From Pseudomonadota bacterium (GTDB taxonomy: Bacteria > Pseudomonadota > Gammaproteobacteria > Steroidobacterales > Steroidobacteraceae): a DNA stretch of 64,000 bases. The DNA lies in contig JANYBG010000140.1 in assembly GCA_025360865.1 (NCBI GenBank), positions 5,342 through 69,341 of the forward strand, read 5' to 3'. Position 1 is the stretch's first letter. Each line of letters starts with the position of its first letter. The notes beneath the pieces are model-generated. The model ran no database searches. It was not told the DNA's origin and was given only the letters and a program-made list of their open reading frames with translations. The translations under genes and the position numbers were made by a program. Below are positions 56,497-64,000 of the stretch, in pieces.

Positions 56497-57510
56497 ATGC
56501 ACCCCATGGCGAGCACCAAACCAGCGGTTCCCGCGGCGGATGCGACGACCCATCCGGGGTCTCTGGGCTTCAAGTTCTGCGGCCTGCCCTTCGCCTCCCC
56601 GATCGTCCTGCTATCCGGTTGTGTCGGCTTCGGTGAGGAGTACACCCGCATCGAGGGTTTCTCCAATCGCGATGCCGGGGCCATCGTGCTCAAGGGTACC
56701 ACCGGCAAGGCACGCCTCGGCAACCCACCCCACCGGGTGTACGAGACCGCCGGCGGGATGCTGAACGCGATCGGCCTGCAGAACCCGGGCGTCGAGCAGG
56801 TGGTACGCGCGATCCTGCCGCAGCTGGATTTCACTGAGACACGCTTCATCGCCAACGTCTCAGGATCAACCATCGAGGAATACGTGGAGGTCACGCGCGC
56901 CTTCGACCAGTCCCCGATCGATGCCATCGAGATCAACATCTCCTGCCCGAACGTGAAGGAAGGCGGCGTCGCCTTCGGCAACTACCCGGACATGTCGGCG
57001 CAGGTGGTCAGCGCCTGCCGCGCCGTCACCAAGAAGCCCCTCATCACCAAGCTCTCACCCAACCAGACCGACATCCGCGAGAACGCGCGGCGCTGCATCG
57101 AGGCCGGCACGGATGCGCTAGCGGTGATCAATACCATCATGGGCATGGCGATCGATGTGACCACCCGCCGCCCGGTGATCGGCAACATTCAGGGCGGGCT
57201 CTCGGGGCCCGCCGTCAAGCCGATCGCGCTTCTCATGGTGCACAAGGTGTACGAAGTTGCGAAATCCCATGGCATCCCGATCATCGGCCAGGGTGGCATC
57301 ACCAACGCGAAGGACGCGCTCGAGTTCATCATCGCCGGCGCCAGCGCGGTGGGCGTCGGCACCGCCCTCTTCTACCAGCCGATGGCCTGCCGCGAGATCA
57401 ACGAGGGCATCAGCGAGTACCTCGCCGCGCAGCGCATCGACAACGTGACGGGGCTCGTCGGTACGCTTACGACTACGCGCGATACACACAACACCATGGT
57501 GTCCGGATGA
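56497..57510 (+). CDS. pyrD: dihydroorotate dehydrogenase, class 1 type
   Basis: 337 aa. ...GMLNAIGLQNPG..., catalytic-Cys motif EINISCPNVKEGG, ...GGLSGPAVKPIAL..., ...GGITNAKDALEFI.... It has a ~20-aa N-terminal extension. Confidence 0.86.
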   Translation: MHPMASTKPAVPAADATTHPGSLGFKFCGLPFASPIVLLSGCVGFGEEYTRIEGFSNRDAGAIVLKGTTGKARLGNPPHRVYETAGGMLNAIGLQNPGVEQVVRAILPQLDFTETRFIANVSGSTIEEYVEVTRAFDQSPIDAIEINISCPNVKEGGVAFGNYPDMSAQVVSACRAVTKKPLITKLSPNQTDIRENARRCIEAGTDALAVINTIMGMAIDVTTRRPVIGNIQGGLSGPAVKPIALLMVHKVYEVAKSHGIPIIGQGGITNAKDALEFIIAGASAVGVGTALFYQPMACREINEGISEYLAAQRIDNVTGLVGTLTTTRDTHNTMVSG

Positions 57511-58172
57511 GAACAGCCTATCCCGCCCTGCTCGCGGCCTCGTGCCTGATGCTGGCACTCGGGCCCCGGATCGCACTTGGCGCCACCCCCACCGCGGCCG
57601 AGGCTTTCGCGGGACCGCGCATCGTGCGCCTGAAGCTGGACGACCGGGAGTACACCTTAGGGCGCGCTGATGCGCCCGTGACCATGGTGGAGTTCACCGA
57701 CTACCAGTGTCCGTACTGCCGCGAGTTCCAAGCGGAGACTTTCGATAAGCTCCGAAAGAACTACATCGACACCGGCAAGCTGCGCTTCATCGTGCGCGAT
57801 CTGCCGCTCCAGTTCCACGCCTCCGCCCGCCCGGCGTCGGAAGCCGCGCACTGCGCCGCCGAGCAGGGCAAGTTCTGGGAGATGCACCACGCGTTGCTGA
57901 CCGGGAGTGAGCCGCTGGCCAATGGCGGCATCGACAGGCGCGCCACCGCGGTGGGCCTTGACCTGGGTCGTCTGCACACCTGCATGAGCGCGGCGCGCTA
58001 CGAGAACGCCATCGCGCACAACGCGGCGACCGCGGACGGCATCGGCATCCACGGGACGCCGGCGTTCGTGCTGGGTGATATCTCCAATCACGTGCTCGAG
58101 GGGGCGCTGGTCGAGGGTGCGCTACCGTACGAGGAGTTCGACGGCTTCATGAAGGCCGTCCTGAACCACTAA
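57507..58172 (+). CDS. DsbA-family thiol:disulfide oxidoreductase (secreted)
   Basis: 221 aa. Signal peptide, and CPYC active site in ...VEFTDYQCPYCREF.... ATGA overlap with pyrD. Confidence 0.85.
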   Translation: MRTAYPALLAASCLMLALGPRIALGATPTAAEAFAGPRIVRLKLDDREYTLGRADAPVTMVEFTDYQCPYCREFQAETFDKLRKNYIDTGKLRFIVRDLPLQFHASARPASEAAHCAAEQGKFWEMHHALLTGSEPLANGGIDRRATAVGLDLGRLHTCMSAARYENAIAHNAATADGIGIHGTPAFVLGDISNHVLEGALVEGALPYEEFDGFMKAVLNH

Positions 58173-59287
58173 AGCAGGCTCTGCTGGGCAGCCGCCGGGA
58201 CATCCCTTGTCGCCTGCACGCGCACCGTGGTGGGGGCTTCCGCGGCGAAGGTCACCTGAAGCGCCCGCAGGCGCTCCAGGATGCGTAGGTTGATGCTCTG
58301 CCGCGCATCCGCGTACACCTTGTAGTCCGGGTCGGTCACGAAGCAGACCACCTCGAACTCAAGCGCCTTGGCCCCGTAATTGAGTAGGTGACAGCGCCCG
58401 AAGCGCGTCTGCGGGGTCGCCTCGATGATCTCGCGCACGATGTGCGGCACGGCGGCGAGCTTCTCCACCGGCGTCTCGTAGTGGACGCCCAAGATGAACA
58501 GCGAGCGCCGCTCCCGCAGGCGCCCGAAGTTGCGCAGCCGGGACTTCAGCAGGTCGGCGTTGGAGATGATGATTTGCTCGCCGTTGACGCTGCGCAGACG
58601 CGTGCTCTTGATGCCGATGTGCTCGACCGACCCCTCGATGTCATCCAGCTTGAGCGAGTCGCCCAAGGTGAAGGGCTTGTCGAGTGCGATAGAGAGCGAT
58701 GCGAGCAGGTCGGCGAGCACGGTCTGCACCGCCAACGCGATCGCGATACCGCCGATGCCGACACCGGCGAGCAGCGGGCCGATCTGGACGCCGAGGTTGT
58801 CGAGCGCCAGGAGCGCGGCGATCCCCCAGATCGCGAGCCCCGCGCCGAACATGATGACCGCCATGGAGCTGCTGAGCAGCTTTTCGTGCGTACCCAGGCG
58901 CTGGCGCCGCGCATCGATCCCGTAGCGCACGGCGGTCATCGCCCACTGCGCCATCTGCATCCAGAACAACAGCACCAGCGCGCCGGTGAGCCAGCGTTCC
59001 AGCTTTGGCGTGAAGGTGAGATCGCGCGAGGCCAGCCACACGGCCGCCCCCCACAGGAACAGGCGGTTGGTGCTGGCGACCAGCTCCAGCGCGAGGTCCA
59101 GCATGTACAGCGGCGGGGCGCCGGTACGCGCCGCGCGGCGGGCGTTCTGCGCCGAGATCAATCGGGAGATCAGCGGCAGGAAGGCGAACGTGATGAGGAA
59201 GATACCCAGCGCCACGATCCAGTTGCCCAGGCTGTTGCCCAGGACCGCAAGGTCCCACAGTTCTCGCCAGCTCGACATCAAGCGCAC
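58169..59287 (-). CDS. mechanosensitive ion channel (MscS family)
   Basis: 372 aa. About 5 TM, then the conserved ...LDKPFTLGDSLKLDDIEGSVEHIGIKSTRLRSVNGEQIIISN... beta domain. Confidence 0.88.
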   Translation of the reverse strand: MRLMSSWRELWDLAVLGNSLGNWIVALGIFLITFAFLPLISRLISAQNARRAARTGAPPLYMLDLALELVASTNRLFLWGAAVWLASRDLTFTPKLERWLTGALVLLFWMQMAQWAMTAVRYGIDARRQRLGTHEKLLSSSMAVIMFGAGLAIWGIAALLALDNLGVQIGPLLAGVGIGGIAIALAVQTVLADLLASLSIALDKPFTLGDSLKLDDIEGSVEHIGIKSTRLRSVNGEQIIISNADLLKSRLRNFGRLRERRSLFILGVHYETPVEKLAAVPHIVREIIEATPQTRFGRCHLLNYGAKALEFEVVCFVTDPDYKVYADARQSINLRILERLRALQVTFAAEAPTTVRVQATRDVPAAAQQSLL

Positions 59288-59338
59288 TCCAGCAGGTGCC
59301 GCGGGGTGCGCAACGTTACCGGTTTCCGGGGCGGACGA

Positions 59339-60757
59339 CTACGCGTGCCCGCCGTCCTCCCCGGCGTTCATGCCCAGTTCCTTGAGCTTCCGGGTGAGGG
59401 TGTTGCGGCCCCAGCCCAGAAGACGCGCCGCATCCTGCCGGTGCCCCTGGGTGCGCTTGAGCGCCACCTGGATCAGCACTCGCTCGAACTGAGGTTGCGC
59501 GGTGCGCAGCAGCGGTGCGTCGCCGGCCTGCGCCTGGCGTTCCGCCCACCCGGCGAGCGCCGCGGCCCAGTCCGCCTGCGTGCCCGCGCCGTTGCGGGCC
59601 GACAGCTCCGGCGGCAGGTCGGCCAGATGGACCTCGCTCCCCGGGGCGAGCACGGTGAGCCTGCGGCACAGGTTCACCAGTTCGCGCACGTTGCCCGGCC
59701 AGTCGTGCGCGGTCAGGCGCGTGAACGCCTCAGGCGCCAAGGCCTTGGGTTCGACGCCCAGTTCGGAGGCCGCGAAGTGCATGTAGTGGCGCAGCAGGTC
59801 CGGGATGTCTTCCGCGCGCGCGCGCAGCGGCGGCAGCTCGATGCGGATCACGTTCAGGCGGTGGTAGAGGTCCTCGCGGAATAGCCCAGTCGCCACCCGG
59901 TCCTCGAGCGTCTGGTGGGTGGCGGCGATCACGCGCACGTCGATCCGTATCGGGGTCTGGCCGCCGACGCGGTAGAACTCCCCTTCCGCCAGCACGCGCA
60001 GCAGTCGCGTCTGCAGCGGCATCGACATGTCGCCGATCTCGTCCAGGAACAGCGTGCCGCCGTCGGCCTGCTCGAAGCGCCCCTGGCGCTGGGTGTTGGC
60101 GCCGGTGAAGGAGCCGCGCTCGTGGCCAAAAAGCTCGGACTCGAGCAGTTCCGCTGGGATGGCCGCGGTGTTGAGCGCCAGGAAGGGCTTGCCGCTGCGC
60201 GGGCTGTGCTCGTGCAGGGCGCGCGCCACCAGTTCCTTGCCAGTGCCGGATTCGCCTGTGATGAGCACCGTGACGCTCGAGCGGGCCAGCCGGCCGATCG
60301 CGCGGAACACTTGCTGCATCGCCGGCGCGCGGCCGAGCAGTTCAGGGATGCGTGGCGTACCACCGGCATCGCCACTAACCCCCAGCCCGCCGTTGGCCGC
60401 GCGCCGTACCAGCGCCACCGCCTGGTCAATGTCGAAGGGCTTAGGCAGGTACTCAAACGCCCCGCCCTCATAGGCGGACACAGCGCTGCCTAAGTCCGAG
60501 TGCGCCGTCATGACGATCACCGGCAGGGTCGGGCGCGCGTCGCGGATGAGGCGCAGCAGTTCAAGGCCCGAGGCCCCCGGCATGCGGATGTCGGTGATCA
60601 GCACATCGGGGGATTCGCGCCGCAACGCATCGAGGGCCGGCTCCGCGGCCTCGAACGCGCGCGGCGACATGCCGTCGTTGCGCAGGGCGCGCTCGAGCAC
60701 CCAGCGGATGGAGGCGTCGTCATCGACGAGCCAGACGCGCAGCGCGCTTGTGTTCAT
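59339..60757 (-). CDS. glnG: nitrogen regulation protein NR(I), sigma54-dependent response regulator
   Basis: 472 aa. Receiver (VWLVDDD...DIRMPG), AAA+ domain GESGTGKE and ...[13 protein letters not shown]..., and a C-terminal Fis-type HTH. Overlaps ntrB by 4 nt. Confidence 0.95.
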   Translation of the reverse strand: MNTSALRVWLVDDDASIRWVLERALRNDGMSPRAFEAAEPALDALRRESPDVLITDIRMPGASGLELLRLIRDARPTLPVIVMTAHSDLGSAVSAYEGGAFEYLPKPFDIDQAVALVRRAANGGLGVSGDAGGTPRIPELLGRAPAMQQVFRAIGRLARSSVTVLITGESGTGKELVARALHEHSPRSGKPFLALNTAAIPAELLESELFGHERGSFTGANTQRQGRFEQADGGTLFLDEIGDMSMPLQTRLLRVLAEGEFYRVGGQTPIRIDVRVIAATHQTLEDRVATGLFREDLYHRLNVIRIELPPLRARAEDIPDLLRHYMHFAASELGVEPKALAPEAFTRLTAHDWPGNVRELVNLCRRLTVLAPGSEVHLADLPPELSARNGAGTQADWAAALAGWAERQAQAGDAPLLRTAQPQFERVLIQVALKRTQGHRQDAARLLGWGRNTLTRKLKELGMNAGEDGGHA

Positions 60758-61845
60758 GGATCCTCTCCCAGCGGAAGCAGCATGGTGAACACCGTGCGTC
60801 CCGTTTCACTCTCGAACTCGATGATGCCGCCGTTGCGGGTCGTCAGTTCCTGCGCCACCGCCAGTCCCAGGCCCGTGCCATTCGCCCGGCCGGTGACCAG
60901 CGGATAGAAGATCGAGGAGCGCAGGTGTGGCGGCACACCCGGGCCGTTATCCTCGATCTGGACGCTCGCGACCAGCCGGTGCGGCACCGAGCCGATGCTC
61001 ACGTTGCTGCGCACGCGCGTGCGCAGCGTGATACGCCCGAGATCCCCCTGCGCCTGCAGCGCGTTGCGCGCGACGTTCAGCAGCGCCTGGATCATCTGGT
61101 GCCGGTCGAGCATCGCGTTCGGCAGGCTCGGGTCGTAATCGCGCTCTATGCTGATCCCGGCGGGGCTCTCGGCGCGCAGCAGGTTATAGACGTGCTCGCA
61201 GATCTCGTGGACGTTGAGCGATGTCTTGCTGGGGGCGCGCATCGGCCCTGACATCGAGTCCACCAGTGCGGTGAGGCGGTCGGCCTCGCCGATGATCAGC
61301 TGCGTGTATTCCTTCAGCGCCGGCGCCCGCAGCTCCCGCTCCAGCAGCTGCGCGGCGCCGCGCAGCCCGCCGAGCGGATTCTTGATCTCGTGGGCGAGCT
61401 GGCGAACCATCAGGCGGCTGCCATCGAGGCGCGCCAGCAGGTCATTCTCGCGCGAGACGCGCTGGCGCTGCGTGGTATCGGCGAGCTCGAGCAGCAGCTG
61501 CGTGCCGGTGAGCCCGCTGAAGGGCGTGATGGTGACATCAAGGGTACGCATCTCGCGCGGCGCGCCCGCTGGACGCACCGCGACTTCGCGATCGGTGATG
61601 CACTCGCTCATCTCCAGCGCGCGCTTGAGCAGCCGGCCGAGCCCGTTGGCGTCGTGGAGAAAATCTCCGAAGGGACGGCCGCGCGCCATCTTGAGGCTGA
61701 AGGCGAGCAGGTCCTGGGCGGCGACGTTCGCGTACACCGGGCACAGGTGTGCATCAAGCATGACGATGCCGGTGGAGAGCGCATCCAGCAGGTCCGCCGC
61801 ATCGAAATGCGAGAGCGCGGAGGGGACCGAGGCATCACAGGCCAT
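60754..61845 (-). CDS. glnL: nitrogen regulation sensor kinase NR(II)
   Basis: 363 aa. N-terminal PAS domain, H-box ...LAHEIKNPLGGLRGAAQLL..., and G-boxes DNGPGV and GTGLGLAV. Confidence 0.92.
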   Translation of the reverse strand: MACDASVPSALSHFDAADLLDALSTGIVMLDAHLCPVYANVAAQDLLAFSLKMARGRPFGDFLHDANGLGRLLKRALEMSECITDREVAVRPAGAPREMRTLDVTITPFSGLTGTQLLLELADTTQRQRVSRENDLLARLDGSRLMVRQLAHEIKNPLGGLRGAAQLLERELRAPALKEYTQLIIGEADRLTALVDSMSGPMRAPSKTSLNVHEICEHVYNLLRAESPAGISIERDYDPSLPNAMLDRHQMIQALLNVARNALQAQGDLGRITLRTRVRSNVSIGSVPHRLVASVQIEDNGPGVPPHLRSSIFYPLVTGRANGTGLGLAVAQELTTRNGGIIEFESETGRTVFTMLLPLGEDP

Positions 61846-61890
61846 GGCTCCCCCGGTGCGCGCGAAGCGCGGCGGGTGAGCCAGCCAGGC

Positions 61891-62460
61891 TCAGTGCGGA
61901 GGGACGTGCCTGTTTTGAGGATTGGCCGGGTTCAAAATGGAATTCATGTGGATCTGCACCGTGACACCCGGTGTCTGGCACATGAGGTTGCCCGAGGCAT
62001 CGCGCACCACGGCCTGGAGTGTATGTGAGCCCCGGTCGACGGGGGAGATGCTGAATTGCGAACCCGTGGGGTTGCCGCCGTTGATCGCCGCGCCATCCAT
62101 CAGGATGTAGATCTGGTCGCCGGAGTGCAGCGCGGGGTCTGTGCGCACCGAGACATTCAGCTGGTCGACGTTCGCCAGCGCCGCCCCGTCCAGGGGATCG
62201 AGGATCGCGCAACCCCTGTAGGACGTGTCGCTGGTATCGGCTCTGGCGTCGGGACTCGCATTGACCGCCGCAGCCGCCTGGCTCGGGGTCGCGGTCGCGG
62301 GATAGGTCTGCGCCGCCTGCACCTGTACCTTCTGCGCGTTGGGGTGCGGCTGGTCGGAGTAATGCACGGTGCCATTCTCGTCGATCCACTTGTACACCGT
62401 CGCCGCCAGCGCGAGCGAGCAGGCCAAGGACATTAAGGTAAATAGCAGGGTGCGCATCAT
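61891..62460 (-). CDS. DUF4124 domain secreted protein
   Basis: 189 aa. A signal peptide followed by ...VYKWIDENGTVHYSDQP.... It sits in the glnA-ntrB spacer. Confidence 0.8.
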   Translation of the reverse strand: MMRTLLFTLMSLACSLALAATVYKWIDENGTVHYSDQPHPNAQKVQVQAAQTYPATATPSQAAAAVNASPDARADTSDTSYRGCAILDPLDGAALANVDQLNVSVRTDPALHSGDQIYILMDGAAINGGNPTGSQFSISPVDRGSHTLQAVVRDASGNLMCQTPGVTVQIHMNSILNPANPQNRHVPPH

Positions 62461-62490
62461 GAGCCAGCATACGCCCGCGCGCGCCCTGGG

Positions 62491-62531
62491 ACAAAAGCGG
62501 GTAACGGCGTTCTGTGAACACCGTTACCCGC
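62491..62531 (-). terminator. rho-independent terminator after glnA
   Basis: The minus strand reads GCGGGTAACGG-(13 nt, partly paired)-CCGTTACCCGC, an 11-bp perfect stem, followed by TTTTG. Confidence 0.7.
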
Positions 62532-62621
62532 ATCCCTCTCCACGGCACGCCCGCGGCCCCACCCCGGCACGGGCCGGGGCTCGCAGGGTCGTACCGGGAG
62601 CTGCCTTGCTTCATTAACTGA

Positions 62622-64000
62622 TCAGCAGCTGTAGTACAGCTCCATCTCGATCGGGTGCGTGGACATGCGGAAGCGCGTGACCTCCTGCGTCTTCAGCCCG
62701 ATGTAGGCATTGATCACGTCGTTCGTGAACACGCCACCGCGAGTCAGGAACTCGCGATCCTTGTCCAGGTGCTCGAGCGCCATGTCGAGCGAATGGCACA
62801 CGGTCGGGATGTGCTTGGCCTCCTCGGGCTCGAGGTCGTAGAGGTCCTTGTCGGCCGGATCCCCGGGATGGATCTTGTTCTGGATGCCATCGAGGCCGGC
62901 CATCATCATCGCCGCGAAGGCGAAGTACGGATTGGCGCTCGAGTCCGGGAACCGCACCTCGATGCGGCGCGCCTTCGGGTTCGACACCCATGGAATACGG
63001 ATCGACGCGGAGCGGTTGCGGGCGGAGTACGCCAGCATGACCGGTGCCTCGAAGCCCGGCACCAAGCGCTTGTAGCTGTTGGTGCCGGCGTTGGTGAAGG
63101 CATTGATCGCCTTGGCGTGCTTGATGACGCCACCGATGTAGTACAGCGCCAGGTCCGACAGCCCGCCGTACTTGTCGCCGGCGAACAGCGCCTTGCCATC
63201 CTTCTGCAGCGACTGGTGCACGTGCATACCGCTGCCGTTGTCGCCCACGAGGGGCTTGGGCATGAAGGTGGCGGTCTTGCCGTAGCCGTGCGCGACGTTG
63301 TGCACCGCGTACTTGAGGATCTGCACCTGGTCAGCCTTCATGACGAGGCTACCCGGGCCAATGCCGATCTCCGACTGGCCGCCGGTGGCGACTTCGTGGT
63401 GATGGACCTCAACGACGAGCCCCATCTCCTCGCACGCAAGACACATCGCCGAGCGGATGTCCTGGAAGGCATCGACCGGTGGCACAGGGAAGTAGCCTCC
63501 CTTGATGCCCGGGCGATGGCCGCGGTTGCCGTCCTGGTAGGTGGTGTCGGAGTTCCATGCGCCCTGCACGGAGTCGATCTGGTAGGACGAGCCGTGCATC
63601 TGGTTGGTGTAGCGCACGCTGTCGAAGATGAAGAACTCGTTCTCCGGACCGAAGAGCGCGCCATCGGCGATGCCGGTGGCCTTGAGGTACGCCTCGGCGC
63701 GCTTGCCGATCGAGCGCGGGTCGCGCTCATAGCCCTGCATCGTCGCAGGCTCGACGACATCGCAGCGGATGTCGATCGTGGTCTCCTCGAAGAACGGGTC
63801 GATGACCGCGGTGCCCGCCTCGGGCATCAGAATCATGTCCGACTCATTGATGCCCTTCCATCCGGCAATGGAGGAACCGTCGAACATCTTGCCGTCACGG
63901 AACAGGTCCTCGTCGACGAGCCGCGCCGGGATCGTGACGTGCTGTTCCTTGCCGCGCGTATCGGTGAATCGCAGGTCAGCGAACTTCACTTGTTTTTCTT
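62622..64000 (-). CDS. glnA: glutamine synthetase type I (5' end beyond window)
   Basis: ...[22 protein letters not shown]..., ...[17 protein letters not shown]..., and adenylylation loop ...[11 protein letters not shown].... The frame stays open upstream of the GTG at 63989 (..EKQ), so the true start lies outside the window. Confidence 0.95.
   Translation of the reverse strand, partial: EKQVKFADLRFTDTRGKEQHVTIPARLVDEDLFRDGKMFDGSSIAGWKGINESDMILMPEAGTAVIDPFFEETTIDIRCDVVEPATMQGYERDPRSIGKRAEAYLKATGIADGALFGPENEFFIFDSVRYTNQMHGSSYQIDSVQGAWNSDTTYQDGNRGHRPGIKGGYFPVPPVDAFQDIRSAMCLACEEMGLVVEVHHHEVATGGQSEIGIGPGSLVMKADQVQILKYAVHNVAHGYGKTATFMPKPLVGDNGSGMHVHQSLQKDGKALFAGDKYGGLSDLALYYIGGVIKHAKAINAFTNAGTNSYKRLVPGFEAPVMLAYSARNRSASIRIPWVSNPKARRIEVRFPDSSANPYFAFAAMMMAGLDGIQNKIHPGDPADKDLYDLEPEEAKHIPTVCHSLDMALEHLDKDREFLTRGGVFTNDVINAYIGLKTQEVTRFRMSTHPIEMELYYSC

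Noticed and set aside
58388-59884. 498-aa plus-strand ORF
   Set aside because: It is antisense to the MscS and ntrC genes. The translation is low-complexity and R/A/Q/E-rich.

Overview
High-GC proteobacterial chromosome with gammaproteobacterial-style synteny, almost fully coding. I support about 80 CDS and a few regulatory sites. By eye I found no rRNA, tRNA, CRISPR array, integrase or transposase.

Gene order, left to right:
- An unknown membrane protein, then the complete F1Fo ATP synthase operon atpIBEFHAGDC on the minus strand.
- A vsr / C5-methyltransferase / Eco29kI-family nuclease module, then arsR-SRPBCC-GST.
- parAB, then leucine dehydrogenase with a divergent Lrp regulator, a truncated secreted-protein gene, and rsmG.
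- An OmpR/HisKA two-component pair, an S9 peptidase, and MBL-acuI-prpBCD.
- degP-like protease, cytochrome c4, dtd and tatABC.
- POT and OPT peptide transporters flanking a hemD-like gene remnant.
- DUF360/SRPBCC/MAPEG/DedA, then ctpA, a GAF-GGDEF-EAL protein and envC.
- rhodanese-grxC-secB-gpsA, followed by an 11 kb accessory block of about 20 small ORFs.
- trmL, class-1 pyrD, a DsbA-like protein, MscS, and ntrC-ntrB-DUF4124-glnA.

I did not find an unambiguous new multi-gene system. The best leads are:
1. The translationally coupled vsr-M-R module, and the repeatedly interrupted rsmG-parAB-atp backbone it sits in.
2. The gpsA-trmL accessory block. It has a thiol/glutathione-detoxification theme, a GGCT-GFA fusion, a visibly A/T-richer right half and no mobility genes.
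3. A TatB whose transmembrane helix can only be translated from a non-canonical CTG start.
4. A GAF-GGDEF(degenerate)-EAL gene inserted into the conserved envC-ctpA pair.
5. Several decay signatures: a hemD remnant, a truncated FxDxF protein, a G7-tract frameshift candidate, and a coding-like remnant after the cupin gene.

Functional calls come from motifs I could read in the translations. No database search was run. GC statements are by eye, not computed.
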